A stretch of DNA of 63,639 nucleotides, the filler included, from Octopus bimaculoides (Eukaryota): NCBI RefSeq assembly GCF_001194135.2. It is 5 parts of 4 records of this genome, joined end to end, with 100 filler letters (N's around TTAATTAATTAA, not from the genome) between each part and the next. Parts side by side here need not be neighbours in the genome. Positions count along the whole stretch, not along the records: positions 1 to 14,933 come from NC_068983.1; positions 15,034 to 40,643 come from NC_068983.1; 3 more parts are not named here. The stretch is one strand, 5' to 3'. Shown here in pieces: positions 14,175 through 27,525 of the stretch. How positions within the stretch are numbered: position 1 is the stretch's first letter; the number at the start of each line of letters is the position of its first letter. The notes beneath the pieces were generated by a model. That model was not told the origin of the DNA. It worked only from the letters and a program-made list of their open reading frames with translations, and made no database searches. Made by a program: the position numbers and the translations under genes.

Positions 14175-14480
14175 TTATCATGGACATGGCACAGTATACA
14201 ATATTGTGAGGTTGTTGATTGAAGATATTGTGTCTACAAGGGGTTTGTACTGTTTGTCAACTCACAAGAAGGACCTCGGACAGACAGCACTTTACACAAT
14301 ATGCATGCAGTTCCAAGAAATACCGACTTTTGCAATATACCTAGATTGTAGGGTATTTCTATAGTTTACAGATGTTTTTTTAGATTGGGTGGTATTGAAC
14401 CTAATGTTCCGATGACAATAGGGATAACCTTTATGTTTGACTCTTGTAGCTGCCAGATCTTATTGATCCCGATTCTCAGG
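14175..14480 (-). mobile_element. R4/Dong-type LINE 3' fragment
   Basis: Minus strand reads KIWQLQESNIKVIPIVIGTLGSIPPNLKKHL*TIEIPYNLGILQKSVFLGTACILCKVLSV, followed by a short (ATA)n. Confidence 0.8.
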
Positions 14481-14790
14481 TCTGGTAATATTGTTAGCAC
14501 ACTGAGCAAAATGCTTCACTTTTCCAGATGGGGAAGCTATGTTTTCACCTCATCAGCAAGGCACTTTCTCTTGTTCTTCTAATCATACTTTCATATCCCT
14601 CAATACTAGCTCATGACCGTGAGCCTATTGCTCTAACTATTGAGCCATGCACCTTTATTTTTCATTTTTTTAAAAAATTTTTATTGGTGAAATGCAAAGT
14701 TGGACTTCAGTGGAAATTGAACTCAGAACATAAAGATAGACAAAATGCCACTAATTTTTTTTCCTGACAAGCTAACAATTCTACCAGCTT

Positions 14791-14835
<45 letters not shown>

Positions 14836-15033
14836 CAGTAGTAAAAATAATAATCCTTTCCACTATAGGCACAAGGCCTGAAGTCTTGGGGGAAAGGGAT
14901 AGTCGATTACATCAACCCCAGTGCATAACTGGTNNNNNNNNNNNNNNNNNNNNNNNNNNNNNNNNNNNNNNNNNNNNTTAATTAATTAANNNNNNNNNNN
15001 NNNNNNNNNNNNNNNNNNNNNNNNNNNNNNNNN

Positions 15034-15375
15034 ATAAGATGTACCATCCTGAGTGTGACCGTTGCCAATACCGCCTGACTGGCCTTGTAGGGTTTTCGAG
15101 CGAGATCGTTGCCAGTGCCCCTGGACTGGCTCTTGTGTGGGTGGCACATAAAAGACACCATTTTGAGCGTGGCCGTTTTCGTGCGGGTGACACGTAAAAG
15201 CACCCACTACACTCTCTGAGTGGTTGGCGTTAGAAAGGGCATCCAGCTGTAGAAACTCTGCCAAATTAGATTGGAGCCTGGTGTAGCCATCTGGTTTCAC
15301 CAGTCCTCAGTCAAATCGTCCAACCCATGCTAGCATGGAAAGCGGACGTTAAACGATGATGATGATGATGATGAT
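15034..15375 (+). mobile_element. SINE-like family B with a (GAT)n tail (representative)
   Basis: Core GGTTGGCGTTAG(G)AAGGGCATCCAGCTGTAGAAAC and tail GGACGTTAAACGATGATGATG. Other copies at about 5548-5870(-), 16345-16675(+), 31005-31140(-), 31155-31490(-), 31540-31730(-). Confidence 0.75.
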
Positions 15376-15658
15376 TGATTTCTTTTGTGTTGGTGCAGAA
15401 CTAATTCTTTTCGTGAAGGATGAGCATAGCTAGTTTAATATAGTTATTATATTATTGATACTTATTTGCTTTAAGAGGGATCAGCCTGGACAATAACTGA
15501 GCCAAAAATAGTGGAGGTCTCAAACTGTATATTATAGAGCATCAAATAAGAGATTTTTGTTTCTCTATCATCTTTACCTCTTTCCATGTTGATACTGATA
15601 TTTATTCAACTATGTGGAAAAACAGAAATAAAAGATAATTATATAAAAAAATATAATT

Positions 15659-15878
15659 ACCCTTTGATATTTAAACTGGGCATATCTGGCCCAAATATTC
15701 AAGTTGTTTTATGTTCATATTGGCTAGATCTGGCCTCTCACACCTTCCCTACAGTGTCATTTAAGATAAATAATCACATCAAAATCTCAAAGCTTCAAGC
15801 TAATGCATGATTACTCCAAAACAATTTGAATAAACAAGCATTACTTTTGACAGAATAATGTGACTTCTAAAGGGTTAA
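15659..15878. mobile_element. piggyBac-like MITE; related inverted copy at about 7150-7330
   Basis: CCCTTT...AAAGGG termini with TTAA on the right. The interior matches 7150-7330 in reverse orientation. Confidence 0.35.
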
Positions 15879-16889
15879 ATGTCAAAATCATCTTAACCCT
15901 TTCATTATTATATTTCTGTTGAAATACACTGCCTGTTTTTCAATTGATTTTGGGAAAATGAAGAATTTAGTAAAATAACAATCATTATTGAGCTAGTGTT
16001 TAAGGTGGTGACTTGGCAGAACCATTAGCATGCTGGACAGAATGCAGCTAAGCATTTTGTCTGTTTTTAGGTTCTGAATTCAAATTCCACTGAGGTTGAC
16101 TTTACCTTTCATTCTTTCAGGGTTGATGAAATAAGTACCAGTTGAACATGGGAGTCAATGTAATCGGCTAACTCCCACCTTCACATCCAAATTTCATATG
16201 AATATAAATTATTAACATTTTTAATAAATTGATTTACATCCATTAAATCTCCCCATTTTCTTAATTATATATATGTGTGTGTGTGTGTGTATGTTTGTAT
16301 GTCTATATATATATACTTGTATATATATAGACATACGAACATACACACACATGACCGAGACCTTTGGCATTGTGTCATGCTTGAGAAGAAGACCCTTCAA
16401 GCGAAGTAAAATTGCAGTCGTGGCAGATACTGGTGTCATGCAAATTGGCACCTGTGCAGGTGGCATATATATGCACCCCAGTGTCATGCAAATGGCGGCA
16501 TGTAAAAGCGCCCATTACACTCTCAGAATGGTTGGCGTTAGGAAGGGCATCCAGCCATAGAAAACTGTGCCAAATCAGACAAGTCTGGTGCAGCCTTCCA
16601 GCGTACCAGCCCAGCCAAACCATCCAACCTATGCCAGCATGAACAACAGACGTTAAATGATGATGATGATGATGTGCCTATAATAAAAGGGATTATTAAG
16701 ATAAGGTTTGCAACTTATGTTAACATGATATATTGATGGAAGGTTTTAATTTAGATCACCTTAAAACAGTATTTGTATCATAAAACAAGGGGCTGTCTCA
16801 TGCAGGTTGATATCAAAATGGTTTAAAGTATTCTCTGTATCACACAGTAATTTCCATTTCTTCTCAAACCTATTTCTATTCTTTCATAG

Positions 16890-16974
16890 GCTTTCTGTCA
16901 TTGCAAAGAATTGCCTCGGCATTACAACTATTCAAATCCTATCGAAGCATTTCAAGTCAGTGATAAAGTACGAG
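16890..16974 (+). CDS. TTC14: TTC14 orthologue, first visible coding exon (S1-like domain part)
   Basis: ctttcatag acceptor and G|GTAGGT donor. Encodes AFCHCKELPRHYNYSNPIEAFQVSDKVR, resembling the [28 protein letters not shown] segment of vertebrate TTC14 (recalled from memory). Phase 0 to 1. Confidence 0.9.
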
Positions 16975-18696
16975 GTAGGTATCAATGCCATATCTTGTTA
17001 GGTTTTAACCTATCTCTTCCATATCTCAGTGACTTTTTATTAATATTCTTCTTTATATCACCACTTTATATCACTCTTTTAAGCTGCATGTTTGCACATT
17101 TAATGTCTAAACTTGTTTCCTCCTTTGAGTATGAAAGTACGAAGAAGTGTTGCAAAAGCGTAAATGTGTGATAAGCAGATGAATGTTAGAAATTAAAGAA
17201 ATATCTGTATTGCAAAGCAAATATAAGGAGATAAGCTGGAGTCTTTCTTTTTAACCTAATATTCAAACCTAAAGAATACCAAAATTAACTCATGTATCCA
17301 CCATGCTAGCATGGAAGGCAAATGTTAAATGATGATGATGATATATATAGTTCAAATTTATAGAAAACAAAAGATGAAGACAAGTGTAGGAACAACAAGG
17401 AGGTGTATTAGTTTAACGCTCAGGAAAAATGGAAAAGTCTTTTACGTTTCAAGCCCATGCTCTTTAACAGAAAGGATTAAGAGGGAAAAAAATGGAGAGA
17501 GAAAAAAAGTGCATAGTCCAACATGGCGAGATGACTGGAAAAAAGAGGTTGAATGAAAGGGAGATAATGATAATAATGCTAACGGTAATGGTGACTCCAA
17601 CAAACTAAGGTGCACAAGCATGTGTGTGTATGTGTGAATGGGGGCAAGTGAGTCTAACGTGTGTGTGTGAATGGGGGCGAGTGAGTCTAATGTATGCGTG
17701 CGTGTATGTGTATGTGTAGCAGTTTGATGTGTGCTTGTTCAGGTGGTGTGTGTACATATGTATGTGTGTGTGCGTGTCTGTGATGAAATAGTGTGCATGT
17801 TTATAGTGTATGTTTGTTGGTGAAAGTTATCTTTGTCTATTCATGTTGAGTGTGTGTGTGTGTGTGTATTGACTGTGTTCAAGTATTATGTGCTTGTGTG
17901 GGTGTGGGAGTGTGCATGATGGTTTGTGGTGTATATGCTGAGTTAAACAGTGTGTGTGTGTGACTGTTCATATAGTGGTATGTGTGGTGATACTATTGAA
18001 GATTGCATGTGGGTGTGTGGATAATGGTGTGTGGTGTGATGCAGACATACCAGGGTGGTTAAGAAATTCACTTCTCAGCTATGTGGCTTCAGGTTCAATC
18101 CTACCATGTGGCGCTTTGGGCAATTGCCTCCTATTATATCTTGGAGCAAAGGCCTTCTTGACAAAGCCTTGTGAATAGATTCAGTAAATAGAAACTGAAG
18201 GAAGCCTGAAGTTAGCTAGTTCAGAGAAGCAGTGGCCATTTCAGAAATAATAAAAAGTGCAGTAAGCAACATCACATCCATGTGCTAGTGGTTGGTGTAT
18301 ATTGACATGTGAATTTTTGAAAATTAGTCAGATACTCTTCTTCTGGATACAGCCTAAAATGTTGTGAATGTAGCAGCAACAGCAGCATTGTCCCAAATTG
18401 TGAGCAGTATTGCAGTTTGTTAGATTACATGGTTTATGATATCATTAACCTGTTAGAGTGTGTTTTTGTTTAAATCCAGGCCAGTCCTGATCAAATAGAT
18501 TGATGAAGTTGTTCCAGCTGTAACTGTCTTCATTTTTTTTTTGTTTTTGACATAGTATACCTAGGACTACTTTATCCTATGTACTCTTATTTTTTTAAGG
18601 ATGGTTTTTAATTGATTTGAGTGAGATTTAACTAATATTTGTAGCAAGTCAAGTGATTATGTAGAGGCTGTATGGATGTTATGGTGTTTATTTCAG

Positions 18697-18791
18697 GTGT
18701 AGTTGTTAATGTCAACCGTGAAAATAAGAAAATCTTGATATCTATGCTTGATAAGTACCTTTCAACTGAGAATTACCCTTTTCCTAAGCTG
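18697..18791 (+). CDS. TTC14: TTC14 exon (end of S1-like domain)
   Basis: tttcag acceptor, CTG|GTAAGT donor. Encodes (G)VVVNVNRENKKILISMLDKYLSTENYPFPKL. Phase 1 to 0, matching the neighbouring exons. Confidence 0.88.
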
Positions 18792-19522
18792 GTAAGTTGC
18801 TCTCTTTACTCTTGCTCATTCTCTAATGCATCATTGCTGTGTTAAGTATGTTAACTTGAAGGAAATAGATCCAATTTTATTGTGGAAATGCATGGGCCCA
18901 CATCTGGAAATTAAAATTCTACTTACACTGTGTAACACAATTTTTGTTCTTGAGTAGCAATTGTTTTTTCCTATTTCCTTACCCTTAGAAACTATGACAA
19001 ATAGCTAATATTTTCGTCAAAATTTGTATTTTTTCAATACATTTATTCAAATGCCGAAGAATTCCTCTCAACATATGGCTGTAATGCTCCCCCACTACTC
19101 CTACTCATGATCAGTGATGCACATATTGTGGTCCACTAAGAGGCATGCTCAAGTGGTTATGGTCAAGCAACTAACAAGCAAATCTGTGGTATTGACCAAA
19201 GTATTTGCTATTATATTTCTGCTTCAGCAGCTCAGTACTGAATCTGTCTGAAATGAAATGTAATGGAAAATAGGTCAGTTTCAAAACATTGATGTCCAGG
19301 TTACAAAAGCAATGTTTGATGAGAATAGTAGTCATTTCCTTTGATTTCTAGCTTGAAGCCAATAGGAAATAACACTTACTGACCAAAGACAAAAGAAAAG
19401 TATAAATTCTGTTACACAATGTTATTATATGTAAGTGTAAGATATTGTTTTTGGAATTGAAAATTTTCTCTCTAATTTCTTGATTTCTCTTTGATATAAA
19501 TTTGTCCAATTTTTTTTTTCAG

Positions 19523-19560
19523 GGCCTTATTACGACAGAAGATTTACCAGTTCACTACAG
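19523..19560 (+). CDS. TTC14: TTC14 38-nt exon
   Basis: Poly-T cag acceptor, CAG|GTTTCA donor. Encodes GLITTEDLPVHY(R), cf. GVISSEELPLYYR. Phase 0 to 2. Confidence 0.88.
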
Positions 19561-20203
19561 GTTTCATTTTATTTTGTTTTGTGGGTTTTTTAAAGTCATT
19601 TTACTGCAGACAGCAAATACTTCCACTCAAAATTCCATAACTGTGGAAAGCTGTTTTATATACCAATCTATCTTTTGTTAAGGAATGTCATGTTTGAAAG
19701 TACTTTCTGTTGAGATATATCAAGTTTATTGTGATAACACGACTTCCAGAAGACACCAATTCTATTTCTTGGCAGATATTTAACATCGTTACTGAAATAA
19801 CTATGAAATTTAATTTCAGTGAAAGGATTAAAATAACCAAACAAAACGATATACTTTTGTTGTGATATTAAGAGTATGTTTTCTATCCTGTCAATATTTT
19901 AGAATTGCCATCAACATTACAAAGTCAAAATTTCAGGTAACTTCTAATCCAGGTGGTTAATGAGAGGTGGAGTTTATAGTGTAGTTGCTTTACTAATGAA
20001 TTGTTATGCCAGGTGTAGTTAAAAATGTTTTTGACATGAAGAAACAATCATTTGACTTGCTAGGAACAGCAGCCAAATATGTGTAATCTCTATCATTCCA
20101 TTATCCACCATAGAATATCAGTAGTACTCTATTAGATTTAATATTACCCTGTAAAACATTTTTACATCATCGTGGTTCCTACATTATGATTATTGTATTT
20201 CAG

Positions 20204-20347
20204 ACGGAAGATGTATTATTGTGGTTTGTCTTATGATGAATTGATTCATACTGTGATTGGCTTTAACAATTCTGGCTGTATTCCTTACCTGCTGCAGTTG
20301 TTGAAACATCCTGAAGATACAGGTTCTCTAACAAGGAGCTTGAACAA
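20204..20347 (+). CDS. TTC14: TTC14 exon
   Basis: tttcag acceptor, AA|GTAAGT donor. Encodes RKMYYCGLSYDELIHTVIGFNNSGCIPYLLQLLKHPEDTGSLTRSLN(K), cf. LGFVNPGVVEFLLEKLG...SLMRGLQ. Phase 2 to 2. Confidence 0.88.
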
Positions 20348-21153
20348 GTAAGTGTAAATTTCCATTATTTCCTTCTCGTTAGCTCTTCAAATTGACTTAT
20401 AAAATTAACTATGTTGAGGTAATGTATCTATTAAATACAGAACTGTTAAAATTCTGTATTTAATAAATACAATAATTTGGAGATAATGCTTGTTTTCATT
20501 TCTGATTTGCTAACTTCATGTTTTTTCATATTAGGAATTTCTTAGTTTGAATTGATAGAGTTTATACACTTGAAAATATGTATAACAAATGTATCGTTGT
20601 TGTGATTTGAATTACTTCAGATGTGTATGTACGCATACACATATTTATGTGTACAAGCAAAGACAAACAATGACTCACTGTGTATTGTTTGTATCTATAA
20701 GTAAGCACTGGTATATTAATGAAAGGTCACATAGATATAAAATATGCATGTGATCTTTTACGAAGGGCATCTAAATTGTATATATATATTTTACATGTAG
20801 AAGAAACTTAAGTAATGAACTAGTGGATCATTACTTGTTTACTTATACACTTGAATGACTAACAGGATTACTTGTTAGCCATTATGAAGGTTGATAAGAC
20901 TGTATGATCAAAACACAGGGATTTGTAATGATTATATGTATGCATATCTAGTCGTGATGTAAAACATGAATGTATTGATAAAGATAATTTTTCTGTTATA
21001 ATTGATGATATAGATGAAAAACAAGGGTATCAGTAGTACTCTATTACTATTATGATTAGTCTGTAGAACATTAGTACACTATAGTGGTTTCTACCTTATG
21101 GCCATTGTGTGCATATATACGCATACATACACACACCACATAGATTTACACAG

Positions 21154-21208
<55 letters not shown>

Positions 21209-21959
21209 CATGTTTGTGTATATTTTCCTATTAATATTTCTAACTCCACTCAAGGCAGAGAACTGGTAGAATCGGTAGCAGGCTGGGCAAAAATACTTAG
21301 TGGCATTTTATCCATCTTTACATTCTCAGTTCAAATTCTGCCGAGATCAACTTTGCCTTTCAGTCTTTTGGAGTTGATAAAATAAGTACCAGTTGAGCAC
21401 TGGGTTGATGTAATCAGTTTACCCCCACTCCAAAACTTCTTAACTCCATTAGCTTATATATGTGGTAGAAATCTATAAAATGTCATTTTTCTAATCAGAA
21501 CATTTTTTTCCTTAACATTCATTTCCTTGTTTATTTTTTTTCATTATTGCTCTCACATTCTTATGAGTTTATGTATGTTGAATTTATTATTAAAGATTGT
21601 TCAATGAATACTTTTTTTCTTTTGAAGGTCCTAAGGTGTGGTTTAAGTGACTGTAAAATTCTCTCATTCTCTGCTTCAATATAGCAATGTTTTTTGCCTT
21701 GTACATGACATTTAGCTCTCTTCACCATGGCTTATTTAACTAAAACAGACTTGTTCCACACCTATTTTATAGTTGAATAGTTAATTGTAGAACATGCATC
21801 AAGCAATGCAAAACAATTCCTCTCTCTCTCAAAAAAAAAGAAAAAAAAAAAAATTGAAACAACAATTAAAATCACTATTTAATCATGAAATCATAAAAAT
21901 AATAATAAAAAAAGGTGTATTTGACATATTTTTACCTGATCCTATTTCTTTTCTCTTAG

Positions 21960-22031
21960 GTTTTCACTTCCTGAAAGTGAATTTGCAGAAGGACTTAGCA
22001 ATGCTCAGTCGAGACGAATGGCTAACAAGAG
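21960..22031 (+). CDS. TTC14: TTC14 exon
   Basis: ttctcttag acceptor, AG|GTGAGT donor. Encodes FSLPESEFAEGLSNAQSRRMANK, cf. [21 protein letters not shown]. Phase 2 to 2. Confidence 0.88.
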
Positions 22032-23039
22032 GTGAGTTTTGATAGTTTTTCTTTTATTTATATAAAGTGTGTTTGAGAATCTTGTTTAGTGTTGCAGTAT
22101 GTAAATTATAGTTATTGTGGAGTAAAGCTCTGTTTTCAGTCACCATCACCATATTTCCACATTTGATGCTATTCTGAAATATTTTAAGAATGGTTGTCCA
22201 TGTAAAGTTATATGTGTAATTGTTATAGTAACTATCTATGGAAAGGTAATGAAGGTGCATGGCTTAGTGCTTGGGGCATTTGGTTCATGATCATAAGGTC
22301 ACGAGTTCAATTCTTGGTGGTGCATTGTGTCCTGGAGCAAGACACTTTATTTCACATTATTCCAATCTACTCAGCTGGCAAAAATGAGTAGTACTTGTAG
22401 TTCAAAGGACCAGCCTTGTCATATTCTATGTTATGTTGAATCTCCCTGGAAACTATGTTAAGGGTACATGTACCTGTGGAGTGCTTGGCCACTTACATGT
22501 TAATTTCACAAGCAGGCTGTTCCATTGATTGGATCAATTGGAGCCTTCGTTGTTGGAACTGATGGAGTTCCATCAGGTATCTTTGGGAAGTTATGTGTGT
22601 AGTTGTTACAGATTGTGAAACATTTTCAAAGATAGGATGAGTTAAGTGAATTAGAGAACTTAATACATTGTCATTATTGTTGTTGCCACCATTATTGTTG
22701 TTGTCGTCATTTAAACCCAACAGGGAAAGTATTTTAAAGTGGTTTCTGAAAAATAAATGTATTTGTGTGTCTAATGGGGTGAATGTCCAGGGTGTGAATC
22801 CTATAGAATATATTGATTCATTGGAGGTAGTCGGTAAGTTCTGTCGAAAAAGTTACCCAACAACTTCATGGAGTTGACTCAATAAAAGCATAGCTTCTGG
22901 GTTGGAGGAGAGGCTTTGAAGACTATTTTGCAAGTGACAAATATATTCTCTTTCTCTCTTTTCTGCTCCATATAAGAAAACTTGTTTATAAGCTGGCTTG
23001 TATCAGATATAATATATTACTTGCTCTTGCTTGATGGGA

Positions 23040-23290
23040 CTGGGGTCATTCCAGGTTAGCGGTACCAGAGACATCATCATGCATAGAGCGGATCAGGTCC
23101 ACCAGTACTCTCCATTGCTGGTGGTCCCATACCAGCCTCTCTGCATCCTCCAAGGTGACATTAAGCCTCTGGAGATCCACCCCAATCATGTCCAGCCATC
23201 TGGTGTGGGGCCTGCCACGAAGCCTCTTCCAACCCACAGCTGGTACATGAAAGTAAAGCCCTGGTAGGATGATCTAGCAGAAGGTGGAGC
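23040..23290 (-). mobile_element. RTE-like LINE 3' fragment
   Basis: ORF 23046-23237 GWKRLRGRPHTRWLDMIGVDL...DHQQWRVLV matches the GRPR.RW.D....DR..WR C-terminal pattern of RTE-type ORF2. Confidence 0.7.
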
Positions 23291-24355
23291 ATACAAACAA
23301 TGAAGGTAGAATATATCCAGAAGGCAAGTGAAATAATATGAGTATGAAATATTGAATGTGCAGGATGAACTTATAGAGTGAAATAAAAGGGAGGAGAGTA
23401 TAAGCACAAAAAAAAAAAAAATCCATTTCACATTGCTTCAATCTCAACCTGTTATTATTCAGTCAGGCATGCGTGTGAGAAGCTGTTTTGTGTTATGTCC
23501 AGTGAACAAATACAAATTCATGACTTTTCAACCAAGATGTTAACATGGTGATTACAAATGGACATATAAAGAAGAAAGAATAAAAGAGTAATCTGGAAGA
23601 ATCCTAAGTCAAACACCTATGTTTTCATTGAGAATTACTGTGTAGTATAAAAGTATGATTAAAAATTGAGCTAACAGAAACATGGAAAATTTGATTTAAT
23701 GCAAACATAAAAATATTTGTTATTAAAATGACCAAATCTGTAAATGGAAACAAAATGTGAGTGTAGATGAAAACAAATGAAAAACAATCTTGAAATCAGG
23801 CATTAGAATTAGTCCTTTATGGTTTTTAACATTTAAAATGCCACTATATCTTAATATAATTAGCGACTCTATTAGTTTTAAGACAACTAATTTGGTTTTA
23901 TATATAGTTTTGATAATTTTTTCATAGATGATTTTTTTTCTTGGTTTTTCGATAGTTGGACCGTGTCAATGGGTAATCTCCCTTAGTTTTGACTCTTCTC
24001 GCTTATCAGACCAAGTAGAGATAAAGTCCTGCAAATTTGTTTGTTGGTGATTATAACTGCTACAGTATATAAGTGTTTAAAATTTGTTATTTCTCCATTC
24101 TAAAAGCAGAAATTTTCAGAGATAGCAATGGTAATTTCACAACATGAGCATATAGTGAGACTGTTAAATAAAATCAAATAATCGTGAGGATAACTTATAG
24201 CTTCCTAACTTTGTAATATGTAGAATTTAGCATAATTTATTTGTCTTGGTGTGCTGACTATACCAAAGGAAGGATGAAAAGATGCTTTATATGACTACAA
24301 ATTTTAATATCTTTATGTATAGGAAAAAGAAATATTAAATGTCTATATTCTGAAC

Positions 24356-25016
24356 CAGTGGCAGCTTGTATATAGGCACTGCAGAACTGCAGCACCCACT
24401 ATTTCCACTCGATATTATCGATAACATTCAATATAATGAGTCTTTTTTTTCTTTAATTCATTCTTTACACTTGTACATTATATAATCCTTATGCTTGATG
24501 TCAGTAGCCATCCCTTAATTTATGAAAAAAATACAAAAATCCTTGTGTAGAACTGTGTGCTTCACAGTTCCAGCGATGTGGTGTTTGGCTGTTATGCATA
24601 TGCTCATGTATCCGAGATAGGAAGCTTCATGCTAAGCAGAGAGAGCACTGGTGTGCTGGTGAAAGGTAGTGTTTCTTTTTGTCTCCACATGTGTTGTGCT
24701 TAGAATGTGATAAAGTGTAGAATTAGATTATTATCCTGCTTCCAACTTCAGTGTTGCTGTCAGGATTTAAAAAATAGGGCACCCCCTCCCCTATTTTGTG
24801 ATTTAGGGGGATTTTTGAAAAACAAGGGGGAATTTGCAGCGGTGTTCAGTGAACAAATTAAACACACTATCCAGCAGTGGCTAAAATGTGAACCGATCAA
24901 GTATATGTATAAATTTTCTTTTTATATGTTTGTTTCCTTTTACACAATATTAAAACAAATGGTTAAAAATTTTCTGAAGCAGCACCCCTACTAATTTTAT
25001 CTATGAGCCACCACTG
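24356..25016. mobile_element. hAT-type non-autonomous DNA transposon
   Basis: CAGTGG...CCACTG imperfect TIRs (14/19). 8-bp target duplication TTCTGAAC (24348-55) and TTCTGAAT (25017-24). Confidence 0.7.
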
Positions 25017-25252
25017 TTCTGAATACTATCTTCCTTCCTCTTTTAAATTTCAAACTTCCAAACTTGCCTCAGATTATTCTAGAAGAGACTGTCTCCCTAC
25101 CTATGATAGCTCACCATCAGGGATACACCACATATTTAATTAATCTTTAATTTCATCAAAGTTTTATTATGAAAATGTTTTTTATTCAATAAACCTGAAA
25201 TTGAATATTATGAGAATAATGTTAAGAGTTGTTTTGTATTCTGTCATTATAG

Positions 25253-25372
25253 TGTGGCTGAAGGAATTGCATTATTCAAAAGAAACCAAGAATTAGAAGC
25301 AATGCAGATGTTTAATAAAGCTCTTCAGATAGATCCTAACAACGTAGAAGCTCTTGTTGCTCGAGGTGCTTT
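25253..25372 (+). CDS. TTC14: TTC14 exon, TPR repeat
   Basis: Encodes [39 protein letters not shown](L), a TPR with the TTC14-typical [13 protein letters not shown]|GTAAGT donor. Confidence 0.95.
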
Positions 25373-26426
25373 GTAAGTATAGGAAATAATCAGGACTTGT
25401 TAAATATTTTATTTTTTCGTTAGTTTTAGTATTTTTGATTTACAAATTTATATAAAAAAAAAGGAAAGAAATGACACTTTCTCAAAAAATTGCTCAGCTA
25501 TAAAATACAATGTCTAACTTGGATTCTGACATTGCAAACAAGTTACTTGATCTCAGTAAGCAAACATGCAGTCTTTATATTTACACACAGAGGCATGGCT
25601 GTGTTGTTGAGAAGTTTGCTTCACTGCCACATGGTTTTGTTTTCAGTCCCTCTTGGCATGGCACCTTGGGCAGGTGTTTTCTACTACAGCCTTGGGCTGA
25701 CCAAAGCCTTATGAGTGGATTTGGTAGATGGAAACTGAATGTATACATGTGTGTCTGTGTGTTTTTGTCACCAGTTGCTTTTAAGGCAGTGTGGTGGGAA
25801 ATTTTTTTGTCAGTTTCTCCTGTCACCAAATAATCAGGGTACTTCATGTGTTTGAAGCCTTGTGGAGAAAAAGTGATACCTTATTTGGAAACAGATGAGA
25901 GTTAGCATCAGGAAGGGTATCCAGCTATAAAACAATGTCTCAACATATTTGTGCAACCCATTCATGCATGGCAAAACAATCATATAACACAAACTCACTA
26001 CTGTCTATAAGTTTATTTCTTTTTTGTCTCTATATTTTCTTGCTAAGATAAGTGGAGATTTTTTCCCCTATTATCTAAATACTGTTAACCACCTACCAGC
26101 TGTGAAGTAGGAGTAGGTCTGGGTTTTTCTCATTTAGGAGAACCAGAGGAAGTGAAGTGATTGTTAAGAAAAGCTGTAAAAATTATCAATTCACCCTTGT
26201 GTGGAGAGGGGAGAGAAAAAAATTCATCCTAATCAAAACTGACTGAATTTAATTTGCCTCTAAAATTTTCCTACAGTAGTTTTATTAGTTTGAAAATTGT
26301 ATTTTTGTATTTAAATGGAGTATAATGTATTCATTAATATCTGTTATTTTATATATATATATATATATATATATTTGAAGAAAAGCAACAAAAATTCATT
26401 AGGTTATAGCAGTACGTACGTTTCAT

Positions 26427-26668
26427 ACAAACTTCATTTATTTATGTAGTGAGAACACCACATAAGATGTGCAATGAAAATGTACTCCTCAGCTGCATAA
26501 TGGACTAGACTGTTGATTAACAGCCCAGTCAAGATGGTATTTTCTTCATCTCCTACTCTTGTTTTTGCACACATTTTTCTAAAATGAACTTCCATTATGC
26601 AGCTGAGGAGTACATTTTCATTGCACATTTTATGTGGTGTTCTCACTACATAAATAAATGAAGTTTGT
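26427..26668. repeat. MITE-like hairpin in a TTC14 intron
   Basis: Arms 26427-26504 and 26591-26668 with one mismatch. The right arm abuts an N gap. Confidence 0.8.
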
Positions 26669-26886
26669 NNNNNNNNNNNNNNNNNNNNNNNNNNNNNNNN
26701 NNNNNNNNNNNNNNNNNNNNNNNNNNNNNNNNNNNNNNNNNNNNNNNNNNNNNNNNNNNNNNNNNNNNNNNNNNNNNNNNNNNNNNNNNNNNNNNNNNNN
26801 NNNNNNNNNNNNNNNNNNNNNNNNNNNNNNNNNNNNNNNNNNNNNNNNNNNNNNNNNNNNNNNNNNNNNNNNNNNNNNNNNNNNNN

Positions 26887-26929
<43 letters not shown>

Positions 26930-27272
26930 TATATATGTATATATATATATATATCAAACAATTATAAAGCGTATAGAGACTGGCACATCAACAAATCTTT
27001 CTTTTAATTTTTACTATTGGTCATACAGTGCAACTGTAAAATTAAAAGAAAAAATTGATGACTTATCAGTCTCCATATTCTTTATAATTGTTTGAGATAT
27101 ACACTCTTGATCATATTCATAATCCAGGGAAGTGAATCCAGAGTTACCTGTCAGAAGAATTATAGTGTGATTGCTAACACTAAGTGATCATTTATGAAGT
27201 TAGCCATAACCTGGAGTATGCCTGAGAGCTACCATGGTTTTTATCTGGATAATTTTATCCTGATACACTCGC

Positions 27273-27313
<41 letters not shown>

Positions 27314-27384
27314 TTTCTCACATACACACACACATTAGATTCTGCTATATTTATATATTTATGTTGTAACTTGTAATCTTTCAG

Positions 27385-27507
27385 ATATGCTAATAATGAA
27401 AATTACAAAAGAGCTATTGAAGACTTTGAAGGAGCTTATTCCACAAATCCTCGCCATCAAAATGCCTGCAAATATCTTTGTCAAACACTTGTAGCTCATG
27501 GGAAAAT
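27385..27507 (+). CDS. TTC14: TTC14 exon, TPR repeat
   Basis: Encodes [40 protein letters not shown], cf. [31 protein letters not shown]. ctttcag acceptor, AT|GTAAGC donor. Confidence 0.95.
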
Positions 27508-27525
27508 GTAAGCTTTTTTTTTCTA

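Noticed and set aside
14978-14989. TTAATTAATTAA islands centred in N runs (also 40688-40699, 50012-50023, 61566-61577)
   Set aside because: An identical 12-mer with stops in all six frames, flanked by Ns, is an assembly spacer rather than biology.
23956-23972. 17-nt AG...GT micro-exon candidate in a TTC14 intron
   Set aside because: It would shift the frame, homology is continuous without it, and such sites are expected by chance.
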